Positions 1-11,834 are shown, numbered from the whole stretch's first letter. The stretch is DNA of 62,771 nt, filler included, from Chiloscyllium plagiosum (GCF_004010195.1; 6 parts of one record of this genome joined end to end with filler, not necessarily neighbours in it); one strand, 5' to 3'. A program made the numbers and translations. Notes: generated from the letters alone by a model not told the origin.

Positions 1-130
1 TCCTGATGAAGGGCTTTTGCCCGAAACGTTGATTTTGCCTGTCCCCGGATGCTGCCTGAATTGCTGTGCTCTTCCAGCACCACTGATCCAGAATCTGGTT
101 TCCAGCATCTGCAGTCATTGTTTTTACCTC
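1..130 (+). mobile_element. Penelope-like element terminal repeat (pLTR) fragment, family A
   Basis: tcctgatgaagggcttttgcccgaaacgtt...gatgctgcctga...ccagcatctgcag; related copies at 2302-2382, 16933-17059, 17427-17515, 42156-42247, 50271-50400. Confidence 0.8.
3..33 (+). ncRNA. Minimal type I hammerhead ribozyme-like motif (family A)
   Basis: CUGAUGA-A-GGGC-UUUU-GCCC-GAAA-C-GUU: both conserved core boxes, 4-bp stem II, NUH triplet. Confidence 0.7.
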
Positions 131-265
131 TTCCTAGCTACAATCAGTTCTGAAAAAGGGTCACTGGACTCTTTCTTTCTATAGATGCTGCCAGACCTGC
201 TGGCTTTCTCCGGCAATTTCTGTTTGTATTTCAGTTCTTGAGCATCCACGATTCTTCATTTTATT
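131..265 (+). mobile_element. Penelope-like terminal repeat, family B, degenerate
   Basis: cagttctgaaaaagggtcactggact...agatgctgccagacctgctg; homologous to 1365-1472 and 59425-59530. Confidence 0.7.
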
Positions 266-684
266 CCAAACAGATTCATGGTTGACTGTTGTGTAAAAGT
301 CTTATCACAACTATTGTGCTGTCATTGCCTTTTCCACCTATAATGTCCACTTACTATCAATAAAGAACTTCCATGATTGGCTTTTTAGTGTCCACTTCCC
401 GCCATCATCACTGCAGCTTGATGGTGCTTTGAGATTTTCCATATGATAATCTGTGTAACATGTAATACAGTGAGTCAGATTCTTATTGAGTCATTAATCT
501 TGAAGTTTATTTACAGCACTATCTATTTACAATGCTACCATGCAATGCATAGTGAGGACACTATGCTTACTGATGTTACTATACATAATTGACTGACTTC
601 ACTCTCTTCATAGAGAGAGACCATGAAGTTGAGTCAGGTACCTTTATACCACAACATGTGACTTCATGTGATTGTCTTATAAGT

Positions 685-1231
685 AAGAGTAATAAAAAGA
701 TGGGGTACTGGGCTAACGGTCGGATACTTGGTAGTGTGGATGAGCAGAGGGATCTTGGTGTCCATGTACACAAATCTTTGAAAGTTGCCACCCAGGTAAA
801 TAGTGCGGTGAAGAAGGCATATTGCATACTGGCTTTTATTGGTAGAGGAATTGAGTTCCGGAGTACTGAGGTCATGTTGCAGTTGTATAAGACTCTGGTG
901 CGGCCGCATCTGGAGTATTGTGTGCAGTTTTGGTCGCCATACTATAGGAAGGATGTGGAGGCACTGAACGGGTGCAGAGGAGGTTTACCAGGATGGGGGG
1001 GTAGGTATAGGGCAGATGTTAGGGGTAGGTTCTTTACTCAGCGAGTTGTGAGTTCATGGAATGCCCTGCCAGTCGCAGTGGTGGACTCTCCCTCATTATG
1101 GGCATTTAAGCGGGCATTGGATAGGCATATGGAGGATAGTGGGCTAGTGTAGGTTAAGTGGGCTTGGATCGGCGCAACATCGAGGGCCGAAGGGCCTGTA
1201 CTGCGCTGTATTCTTCTATGTTCTATGTTCT
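685..1231 (+). mobile_element. CR1-clade LINE 3' fragment with internal deletion
   Basis: QRDLGV...LYKTLVRPHLEYCVQFWSP; near-identical to 62277-62587; deletion near 994; (ttctatg)n tail. Confidence 0.95.
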
Positions 1232-1364
1232 AAGTACTGGTTTGTCTGATCTGAAATCTATACCAGAATGCAGCAGTCACTGCTGTAATATAGGAACTGA
1301 GGCTATTTGCAAAATACTGACTGGGATGATATTCATGGTGATGACGTAAAGTGGAAACTTCAAA

Positions 1365-1472
1365 GAAATCAAAACAAATCAGAAATTGTGGGAAAAACCC
1401 AGCAGATCTGGCAGCATCTGTGGAAAGAAAGCAAAGTTAACATTTCAGGTCCAGTGACCCTTCCTCAGAACT
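1365..1472 (-). mobile_element. Penelope-like terminal repeat, family B
   Basis: Minus strand agttctgaggaagggtcactggacctgaaatgttaact...cacagatgctgccagatctgctg. Confidence 0.75.
1435..1472 (-). ncRNA. Minimal hammerhead ribozyme-like motif (family B)
   Basis: AGUU-CUGAGGA-A-GGGUC-ACUG-GACCU-GAAA-U-GUU-AACU: 4-bp stem I (AGUU/AACU), 5-bp stem II. Confidence 0.7.
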
Positions 1473-2301
1473 GGAAAAGCTTATTGCAGATGAGTGGGAC
1501 AGTAGAAAATTAAACAGTTGCTGAAAAATACCATTGATAGAGTATTGACCATATGACCTAAATAATATGCGAATATGCACATAACCTTGTGATTCGTAGA
1601 TGATCTGCACAGCCATGAATGGATCTATAGAAATTAAAAAGACTAGACCAGCCACCTTTGTGATTGGAAGGATGGCTAAGCTGTTGCTAAAGCCCAATCA
1701 CCACTTTTTGGGGCATGACCATGTGCAAAATAATCATTGTTCATATTTTTATAGGTTTCTTCTGGAATTCCTTAACGATTGATCTAGTTCTGATAAATCA
1801 CTCCAGATGAAACTAAACTGAAAGTATGCTCATGATAGAGTTTTCTTTTGAAGTAGATGATCTATAGAAAAACTTAAAAAGCATCAAATTCATTCACTGC
1901 AACTTTCATGCACTGTTGGGTTCTCAGCACCTTTGACCTTTCTATAAATTACATTGCTGGAGCAGAATTGTTCCTATATCACCACACTGTAACTTTAGAT
2001 GGATTCTTAATCTGTTCCCCAAGATAACACAAGCATGATAGATGGACTGAACTTTGAAACTGTCCGAAGCAAATGGGAAAATCATATGAAATCCAACTTG
2101 TTTGGCTTTTTGCATTCAAACCATCATAGTTTTAGTTCAATATCTCTAGCAGCTTATCATGAGCTCTTAACTTCAGTAGAGTTTGAAACAAATAGCTAAG
2201 TTCCTACTTCTCTGATTCAGTAATGCTTGCATTCACTCAAATTTGTACTCTCACAAGAGGTTAGATGATTTGCTGATCTGAAAGATTGGCTTAACTTCAG
2301 T

Positions 2302-2382
2302 AGATTCTGGATCAGTGGTGCTGGAAGAGCACAGCAATTCAGGCAGCATCCGAGGACTGGCAAAATCGACGTTTCGGGCAAA
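2302..2382 (-). mobile_element. Penelope-like terminal repeat, family A, truncated within stem II
   Basis: Reverse complement matches positions ~16-96. Confidence 0.8.
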
Positions 2383-3211
2383 TTTGAGGTGTGTAATAAA
2401 ATCAGTGAACAACAATAAAAAAATACTGCAAACGCAAATGGGTAAAAGTTGCAACTAGGTTAAAACTAATGATTTACATTATTGAGAAAATGAGTGAAAG
2501 CATAACAGGTTTGAATATTGCTTCAAAAATTTATCAGCAGAATACCTGTGCCTGGGAATGGCTTCAAAATGAACTTTAAAATGCTGCTATATGCCATCAG
2601 TGGGAAGCTGAGACTGAATTCCCACATCCCAATAACAAGAGACTGGAAGAAAAGGGGGCTGAGTCTGTGAGAGGGAAGAAAGTCATTGGAAGTGGAATTT
2701 CATAGCATATTGCCAGCAAAGGAATGACTGTCAACCAGATCAACAATTGAGTTGGCTAATGGCCCAATTCAGGAATACTCCCTTCCCCAACAGCCAGGTA
2801 GCCTTTTGTCCATATCAGATGGGCTAACTGCTGAGTAGGGAGACCCCTTGGTCCAGGAGCCCTGTGGGTGCAGCAAGGCTAAAGGTGTGACGCTAGAAAT
2901 TTCTGGTTGCTCCCACACCCATCCCCACAGCTCCCCAACTCCATTGAAACATCACCTACCCAGTGTTGCAGTGACCAGAAATTGGCCAGAAACCACAAAC
3001 ATCACAAAGTAACTGGTCAATGCCAGACAAATGCTGCTCCAGGGCACTTCTGCCTGCCAGACTGGAGTGGGCTCCTATCACTGCCACAAGAGTGGGACAT
3101 GCCCCATGGCAAAATTCATCCCAGTATTCATGCCAATCTTTCTTTGGAACCTGAAATATGAAAAAGAATCAAAAATATGATGACTATTTCAATGGTTTGT
3201 AAAAGAAATTT

Positions 3212-3566
3212 AGGTGGGTGAAGAAGCAGTACAATATTCGGGGCATAAAGGAGCAGTACAATATTCAGGGGGGTGAAGGAGCAGTACAATATTCAGGGGG
3301 TTAAAGGAGCAGTATAATATTCAGGGGGGTAGTACAATATTCAGGGGGGTGAAGGAGCAGTATAATATTCAGTGGAGTGAAGGAGCAGTATAATATTCAG
3401 TGGGGTGAAGGAGCAGTATAATATTCAGTGGAGTGAAGGAGCAGTATAATATTCAGTGGGGTGAAGGAGCAGTACAATATTCAGGGGGGTGAAGGAGCAG
3501 TATAATATTCAGGTGGGTGAAGAAGCAGTACAATATTCAGGGGGGTGAAGGAGCAGTATAATATTT
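3212..3566. repeat. 28-bp minisatellite, ~13 units
   Basis: Unit aggggggtgaaggagcagtayaatattc; one unit has an 8-bp deletion. Confidence 0.95.
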
Positions 3567-3607
3567 ACAAATTTCCAGATCAAATACCAGTAGTAGATGG
3601 TGAAGGC

Positions 3608-3970
3608 ATTTTTCTTGTTCATTCACAGGATGTGAACATCACCGGCTAGGCCTGCATTTATTGCCCAACCATAATTGCACAGGGGGCAGTTAAGAGTCAA
3701 CCATATTGCTGTGGGTCCAAGGTCACATGTAGGCGAGACCATGTGAGGATGGCTGATTTACCTCTCTAAAAGACATCAGAGAACCAGATTGGTTTCTGCT
3801 GACACTAAGCAATAGTTCTATTGTCATCATTTACCTCTTAGGTCCAGATTTTTATTGAATTCAAACTCCACCATTGGTCATTGTGGGACTGAAACCTGGG
3901 TCCCCAGTTCATTACCAGGGTTTCTGGATTAATAGTTGAGCAATCATACCAGCAAGCCATTTCCTCCCCT
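3608..3970 (-). mobile_element. tRNA-derived SINE (SlmI/MetaSINE-like central domain)
   Basis: Homologous to 34395-34710 and 46990-47300; 3' tail shared with the LINE at 6467-7120 and 42915-43710. Confidence 0.75.
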
Positions 3971-5077
3971 GTTCAAATTTTACTCATAGAAGTTCTCAAA
4001 CACTGCCACAAGAAATAATGGAGAAATTACATTTTAGTTTGGCATAACTTTATTTTTTCGGTTTGAAAACCAAGCCAGAAGTCAAAGACCATTCAAGTAG
4101 CCCAAGACTTTGCGTGAAAGAAGAAACAGAAAGCATAATGCAGGAGACAATTCTGTCATTAACTAAGATACATCCTTCTGTGTTTTCAAGACAAGCATTG
4201 TTGGATCTTAAAATTGCCGTGAAAGATTTCTGTTTATGTGTCATGTGCTGATTTGAATAATATACTAGCTGGACAAATATTCAATGTTGGCACTTCCTTC
4301 TTATGCAATTGAGATGTTGTCTTGTGAGAAATTCAATGTCAGGTGTTGTTTTGCAATTATGAGAATCTTGACAATTTTCAAACTTAACTGCTTATTCACT
4401 TTATTTTGAAATTTACATGGCAAAGGTAATCAATTGTAATTAACCTGCCTAAATGTAGCATCAGTGAATTCCTTCATGTACTGGTGAATTGTTGTTGAAT
4501 GTTATTACAATTATCAAATGCAGCTTGGAAAGGTTCAGTGGCAAATATAAAACAAAGTAGTGGTCACACTCCATGCCGTAAGCAGTGCTGTTTCTTCCCT
4601 TTGAAATGAGCTGGAGGAGCAGCAAGCTTAGCTTCCATTGGTGGAAACCATACAAGATTGTCTCTCATGTCATTGGTGGGAGGAGACACTGAATGCCAAT
4701 TTCATCATCCTGATCTGCAGTGTCACAAGGAGTTCAATCAGCTGACGAGAGCAGACAAGGCAAGACATCATTGTCCTTTTCATTATTTGTGAACTCTAAT
4801 ATCATCACACAAAATCATCAATGAATAACTAACCCATCTGTTCATTTTCACTAAAACTACTACTCAACGATATGTGTACTAAAGAAAGAAACAATTAACA
4901 AGCGCTACCTAGCAGTTGCAGTGTAACAATAACAAATACATGAGTGGATAGGGAAAGAGGAAGGAAACTAATATAGAGTAGATTTGGAGAGATTATACTG
5001 CAATCTAACTCTTGCAATGCCCACCTCTCTCTGAAAGCTCTAATCGAGCTTTAACTTTTTATACAACTTATTTTCTA

Positions 5078-5520
5078 ATCAACTTGCTCAGAGATATTGT
5101 TACACATATCTGGAACAGCTGGAGCTTGAACCCAAGTTTCATGATCTAAAGGTATTGCCACTACTACCGCTGCATCACAAGAAGGCTCCTAATTAATCCA
5201 TCATCGTTTTTTTAAAACCCATTTTTCCGGTCAACTTGTTCAGCGATGTTATTACACACCTCTGCAGCAAGTGGGTCTTCAACCAGGCCATTTCAGTCCA
5301 CAGAAAGGGACACTACTACTGTGCCACAAGAGGGTCCTAGCCAGACCCATCTGTTTTAGGAGAGCCCCAAGAATGTTGATTTTTTTAAAAAATTATAACT
5401 TATCTTTTTAAACAGCCTGTTCAGAGATGTTATCATATACCTCTGTAGCAGGTGGGGCTTGAGCATGGGCCTCTTGGTCCAGGGACAGGGACACTACCAC
5501 TGTGCCACAAGAATGCCCTA
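5078..5520 (-). repeat. Three tandem ~110-bp tRNA-like short SINE units
   Basis: Units ~5078-5190, 5231-5339, 5411-5520; minus strand A-box tggcacagtgg and degenerate B-box, followed by A-rich runs. Confidence 0.7.
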
Positions 5521-6466
5521 ACTAATCCATCATACTTACCTGTTATGATCGTATGCAGCTGTTGAAGTTCAAGGCCAGAATTGGTACTCTCATTACCAAG
5601 CACTCATAGCACATTATTCCTGTTTTATAAGAAACTTGTACTGCAATTCTCCAATGTTAATATAAATGAACTGACCTACGAAAGGTTGGTAATTCAACTC
5701 AGTTGAGGATTGGTAAATGCAACTGCCAATACATTAGCACAAATCTGATGCCACTCTTAACATATACAAGTTTGTCATTATTATTTATGATGTAAAATTA
5801 ACCACTGCTTACCAGTGTTTCATGAGGACTCTGGGATTCTGTAGGGACTTTGTGATAATGTCATAGAGCTGCACATCACTGAGTATAAATAACACTTGTA
5901 GGTAGACTTAGAACAGACTAGAAAAAAATGCACTTGATTAGAACTTTTAAGAGCTTCAAGAGTACATTGATATGAACAAAAAGATAGAGTAGCCTGTAAT
6001 TTTATATAAATCAAAGTCTTCTATATCTATGATTGCCATGTATAAAAGCATTTGTATTAATATATAACAATCAGCGTTACTTTGAATTCTCAGTCTGAAA
6101 ACAAATGTCTGCTTTTGCCTTGACTAGACTGTCTTGAACTCAAATCCACAGTGTGATATCAAACTCCATGATAAAAGAACTAGCAACTTTTCTTTACTGA
6201 GCATATATATCAAGTGATCTTTCCTATTATCAAAAGAAAGCAACATGAATTAGTTATGTGAAAAGGGTTCAATATAAGAGTAAGATAAAAATGGGCGTTA
6301 TAAATGACCATAACTGAGTACAAAGCCAATATGTAATCTTGCACATGATTAATGTTACTCCTTTCTTGTAAAACAGCCTGACTCTTGTGGTTTGTGATCT
6401 AACATTGGCAATGAAAAGCTTAATTACAAGCTTTCTAAGTTAATAATAGTGCTTTTCATTGACCAT

Positions 6467-7120
6467 TTTATTCATTCATGGGATATGGGCATCACTGACT
6501 GGGCCAGCATTTAATGGGCATTCCTATTTGCCCTTGAGAAGATTGTGGTGAACTGCTTTCTTGACTCACTGCAGTCTATGTTTTATACATCAATCTTTAA
6601 TGCGGTTAGGGAAGGAGTTCCAGGATTTTGATCCAGCAACACTGGAGGAACAATTATATATTTCCAAGTAAGGATGGTGAGTGGCTTGGAAGGGAACTTG
6701 CAAATTGTGGTATTTCCCATACTTTGGTGCTTTTATCCTTCGAGATGATGATGATTGTCTAAGGTGCTTTGGTAAATTTCTGCAATGCATCTTGTAGATA
6801 ATACACACTCTCACAGATGAGAATCAGTGCTTGAGTGAGTGAATGCCTGTGGATGTTGTGCCAATCAAGTGGACTGGGTTTCTTGGATGGTGTCAAGCTT
6901 CTGGAGTGTTGTTGGAGCTGCACCCATCCAGGCCAGTGGGGAGTACTCCATCACACTGCTGACTTGTGCCTTGTAGATGGTGGACAGGCTCTTTGGGAAT
7001 CAGGAGTTGAGCTACATGGTGCAGAATCTGAGCACCTCATTTGCTCTTGGGGCCATTGTATTTATATTGCTACTCTATTTCAATTTCTGTTCAATTGTAA
7101 CCCCAGGATATTGATAGTGT
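6467..7120 (-). mobile_element. CR1/L2-like LINE 3' end (second LINE family)
   Basis: Homologous to 43270-43710; ends ...cccatgaatgaataaa on minus strand. Confidence 0.8.
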
Positions 7121-8564
7121 TAATTTTACTCCCTATTACTACCCACCTGCAGTTAGTAATATTACGTTAACTGAATTTTTAGGTACCAAAGGCAATATAT
7201 AGCGATAATTTTGACAATCTAGGCCTCATGCAGACTTATTGGTGGATTTTGACTCTGTGTGCTTATATGAAATGAGTGATGGCTGGTGAACAATTCTGCA
7301 GGTTTTTCCTTCAAAAGCTCTGAATACAGACAAATATCTCTGGACATCAGCATTCCATTTGGTCATATAGAACTATTAAAAATTTGTTCCATAAACCAAT
7401 TAACCACAGTGAATAAACCTATAGGCTCACCCTTGTGCACCCTGCCAGAATATCCATGGTACTATGGGCTCTCAGTAATACTCTCCATTATGGCAAAAAC
7501 AAAACAAATACAAACAACTGCTGCATCAAAATATTTTAACATTTACAACTGACATCAGAGGGCAAAAGTCAGAGTTCCTGGCTTTTGGGTGCATGGACTA
7601 CCTGGAATTCTTCCCTGTCTCTAACTGGAGAGAACTCATTTCATTCATAAGCATGTGTATGGCAGATGCTTACAATTTCAAAGCCACCATATCCCAGTCT
7701 ATTACCTTTCAGTCAAACTTGAATGGGAATGCAATTTATCAAAGCATAATTCTAATTCCATTCGCAATAATTTGCAGATCCACACCCTCATTAAAGTTAT
7801 TTGGGAAAGTTCCTTTCTATTACTTAGGTCCTTTGTTTTTATATTGAAGAATGAATCAGACAAGCTGGATAATTCTGTTCCAGAGATTTATTTTTCAGAT
7901 GATTGATATTTGCTTAACTTGTTACTGTTGCATCATGCTGTGAAGGTGTGAGAATGAGAGTCTAGGCAATTATAGATACTAGTGATTAATACAAAAGACA
8001 CGAGGAAAGAGTCAGGATTAATGTTCAAATACCTGCTATTAGAACCAGCTCCAAATGCTTTGGTAAGTACATTTGTGCATGTTTGTGCTCAGTAATGTTA
8101 ACATTAACTGTGTTATGGAATGCAATAATCTGCAATGTTTATGTGTTAAAGCTTATAATAAACCCTTCTCCACCTCCAATTACTTAACTCCTGATTGTAA
8201 ATTCCTAACCGTAGGCTATCTGCCTGTGTGAGTTGGTTTGATAAATCTTCAGTCATTCTTAGTGACACTGAAATAAATATCAAAGTAAGGTTCACTCTCC
8301 AAAGTGGAAATTACTACAAAAAAAATGCAAGTAAAAATTAGATTTAGTAAAATTAGGATCAACAATTACCCGATGAAATTTAGGTTTTAATGGTTGATTT
8401 TTGTAGAAATAATAAATAGAGGTAGCAAGCTCCACAGTCTTGAGATCTTGGGAGAGAAGTAGGGTGCATCTGATTGATCTCAGTTTTAGTTCAATAATGC
8501 TAGCGTGATTAGAGCATTCATTACATTACTGAAATGTATTTTGGGACATTTTATAAAATTGAAG

Positions 8565-9161
8565 AATGTTGTTGAACAAAGAGACCTTGGTTCATAGCTC
8601 CTTGAAAGTGGAGTCGCAGGTAGATAGGATAGTGAAGAAGGTGTTTGGTATGCTTTCCTTTATTGGTCAGAGTTGGGAGGTCATGTTGCGGCTGTGTAGG
8701 ACATTGGTTAGGCCATGTTGGAATATTGTGTGCAATTCTGGTCTCCTTCCTGTCGGAAAGATGTTGTGAAACTTGAAAGGGATCAGAAAAGATGTACAAG
8801 AACGTTGCCAGGGTTGGAGGATCTGAGCTACAGGGAGAGGCTGAACAGGCTGGGGCTGTTTCTCCTGAAGTGTCAGAGGCTGAGGGGTGACCTTATAGAG
8901 GTTTACAAAATTATGAGGGGCATGGACAGGATAAATAGACAAGGTATTTTCCCTGGGATCGGGGAGTCTAGAACTAGAGGGCATAGGTTTAGGGTGAGAA
9001 GGGAAAGATATAAAAGAGACCTAAGGGGCAACTTTTTCATGCAGAGGGTGGTACGTGTATGGAATGAGCTGCCAGAGGATGTGGTGGAGGCTGGTACAAT
9101 TGCAACATTTAAGAGGCATTTGGATGGGTATATGAATAGGAAGGGTTTGGAAGGATATGGG
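8565..9161 (+). mobile_element. CR1-clade LINE 3' fragment, cut by gap
   Basis: LEYCVQFWSP...RLRGDLIEVYKIM...RTRGH...QRVVRVWNELP. Confidence 0.95.
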
Positions 9162-9261
9162 NNNNNNNNNNNNNNNNNNNNNNNNNNNNNNNNNNNNNNN
9201 NNNNNTTAATTAATTAANNNNNNNNNNNNNNNNNNNNNNNNNNNNNNNNNNNNNNNNNNNN
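9162..9261. other. Artificial contig spacer N44-TTAATTAATTAA-N44
   Basis: Exactly 100 bp with stops in all six frames; identical at five sites. Confidence 0.97.
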
Positions 9262-9745
9262 ATTTCTCAGCTCTATCCACACTGACTCTACATCCCCTGA
9301 TTCTAGGTCCCCCCGCGCAAGGGACTGAATATCATCCCTTACCAACATGGCCACCCCACTCCCTCTGCCCATCAGTCTGTCCTTACGATAGCACGTGTAG
9401 CCTTGAATATTCATTTCCCAGACCCTGTCCACTTGAAGCCACGTTCAGTTATCCCCACAATATCATATCTGCCAATTTCCAAAAGAGGCTCAAGCTCATC
9501 CATCTTATTTTTAATGCTTCGTGCATTCATTTTATTATTTTTAATTTGTTACTGCCCTCACCCATCCCATCAACTCCTATTTCACTCAACCTTCCAGCAT
9601 GATCCCTTTCTGAGTTTTCTGCCTCATTGATACAGTTGTCTTTCTTGACTTCCCTTGTTCTAACTTTCCCTCCAATTTCCTTCTTAAACATCCAGTTTCT
9701 CCCCTCCCCCCCATTACTTAGTTTAAACGTAGCTGTGTTGCAGTA
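9262..9745 (-). mobile_element. CR1 ORF2 AP-endonuclease region fragment
   Basis: NIQGYTCYRKDR...RGSGVAMLVRD...ESVWIELRN. Confidence 0.85.
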
Positions 9746-9819
9746 GCGTTTATATCTTTAGGGCCCCAGCTATTTCCTCTCTCTAGCTAGCACCTCTAGC
9801 TAGCACCTAGCCAAGCTAG

Positions 9820-11826
9820 GTAGGATAGGAAGGGCAAGATTCGTGAACCGTGGATGACAGGAGAAATTGTACAACTAGCCAAGAGGAAAAGGGAAGCGTA
9901 CATAAGGTCTAGGCAGCTAAGAATGGAATGAGCCCTGGAAGAATATCGGAAGAGTAGGACAAGTCTTGCTAAAGAATCAAGCTTGTTAAAAGGGGTCATG
10001 AAATAGATTTAGCGAGCAGAATTAAGGAGAATCCCAAAGCATTTTATTCTTACATAAGAAGCAAGTGGGTAACTAGAGAAAGGATTGGTCCACTAAAGGA
10101 TAATGAAGGAAGGCTGTGTGTCGAACCTGAGAGAATGGGTGAGATTCTGAATGATTACTTTGCATCAGTGTTTACTGAGGAGTGGAACATGAATGTTGAG
10201 ATTAGAGATAAAAGTTTGATTAGTCTGGATCACGTTGACATAAGTAGGGAAGATATGTTGGGTAGGCTAAAGGTTATTAAGGTGGACAAATCCCCAGGAC
10301 TAGATGGGATCCATCCCAGGTTGCTGAGGGAGGTGAGAGAGGAAATAGCTGGGGCCCTGACAGATATCTTTGTGGCATCCTTAAATACAGGTGAGGTGCC
10401 GGAGGATTGGAGGGTTGCTCATGTTGTCCCCCTGTACAAGAAGGGTAATAGGGATATTCCAGGTAACTACAGACCAGAGACCCTGACGTCGGTGGTGGGA
10501 AAGTTGCTAGAGAAGGTACTGAGGGATAGGATTTATTTATATTTAAAAAAGAATGGGCTTATCAGTGATAGTCAACATGGTTTTGTGCGGGGGAGATCGT
10601 GCCTTACCAACTTAATAGAGTTCTTCGAGGAAGTGACCAAGTTGATAAATGAAGGAAGGGCTGTTGATATCATATGCATGGACTTTAGTAAGGCATTTGA
10701 TAAGGTTCCCCATGGTAGGCTAATGGAGAAAGTGAAGTTATATGGTGTGCAGGGTGTTCTAGTTAGGTGGATAAAGAACTGGTTGAGCAACAGGAGACAG
10801 AGAGTAGTAGTTGAAGGGAGTTTCTTGAAATGGAGAAAGGTGACCAATGGTGTTCTACAGGGGTCAGTGTTGGGGCCAATGTTGTTTGTAATATACTTAA
10901 ATGATCTGGAAGAGGGCACTGTTGGTATGATCAACATGTTTGCAGATGACACAAAGATTAGTGGAGTAGCAGAAAGCAGAAGGAACTGTCAGAAAATACA
11001 GGAGGATATAGGTAGACTGGAGAGTTGGGCGGAAAAGTGGCAGATGGACTTCAATACAGACAAATGTGAGGTGATGCATTTAGGCAAGACTAATTCTAGG
11101 GTGAATTATACAATGAACAGCAGAGCCTTGGGAAAAGTTGATGAGCAGAGAGATCTGGGAGTGCAAGTCCATTGTACTCTGAAGGTTGCTGCACAGGTGG
11201 ATAGAGTGGTCAAGAAGGTATACAGTATGCTTGCCTTCATTGGACGGGGTATTGAGTATAAGAGCTGGCAAGTCATGTTAAAATTGTACAAGACACTAGT
11301 TCAGCCGCATTTAGAATACTGTGTACAGTTCTGATCGCCACATTACCAAAAGGATGTGGACGCTTTGGAGAGGGTGCACATAAGGTTTACAAGGATGTTG
11401 CCTGGTATGGAAGGTGCTAGCTATGAAGAAAGGTTGAGTAGGTTAGGTTTATTTTCATTAGAAAAAAAAGAGATTGAGGAGGGACCTGATTGAGGTTTAC
11501 AAAATCATGAAGGGTATAGACAGGGTGGATAGAGACAAGCTTTTTCCCAGGATGAAGGATTCAATAACAAGAGGTCACGCTTTCAAGGTGAGAGGTGAAA
11601 AGTTTAAGGGGGATACACGCGGCAAGTACTTCACACAGAGAGTGGTGGGCATTTGGAATGCATTGCCAGCAGAGGTGTTAGAGGCAGGCACGGTACATTC
11701 ATTTAAGATGTGTCTGGATAAATGCATGAGTAGGTGGGGGTAGTAGAGGGATACAGATGCTTAGGAATTGACCGACAGATTTAGATATTACATTTTGATC
11801 GGCTCAGTCTTGGAGGGCCGAAGGCT
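9820..11826 (+). mobile_element. CR1-clade LINE, 5'-truncated, with RT domain
   Basis: ORF 10135-11334 has KSPGLDG, GNYRP, QHGF, DFSKAFD, QGSVLGP, FADD; followed by stop, frameshift and 3' tail. Confidence 0.97.
10135..11334 (+). pseudogene. CR1 ORF2 reverse transcriptase fragment (399 aa)
   Basis: Non-LTR RT motifs; premature TGA replacing W in VQFW; no endonuclease in frame. Confidence 0.9.
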
Positions 11827-11834
11827 TGGAGGCT

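Noticed and set aside
3212..3566. CRISPR-like array (28-bp period)
   Set aside because: Units are contiguous with no unique spacers, there are no cas genes, and the context is vertebrate.
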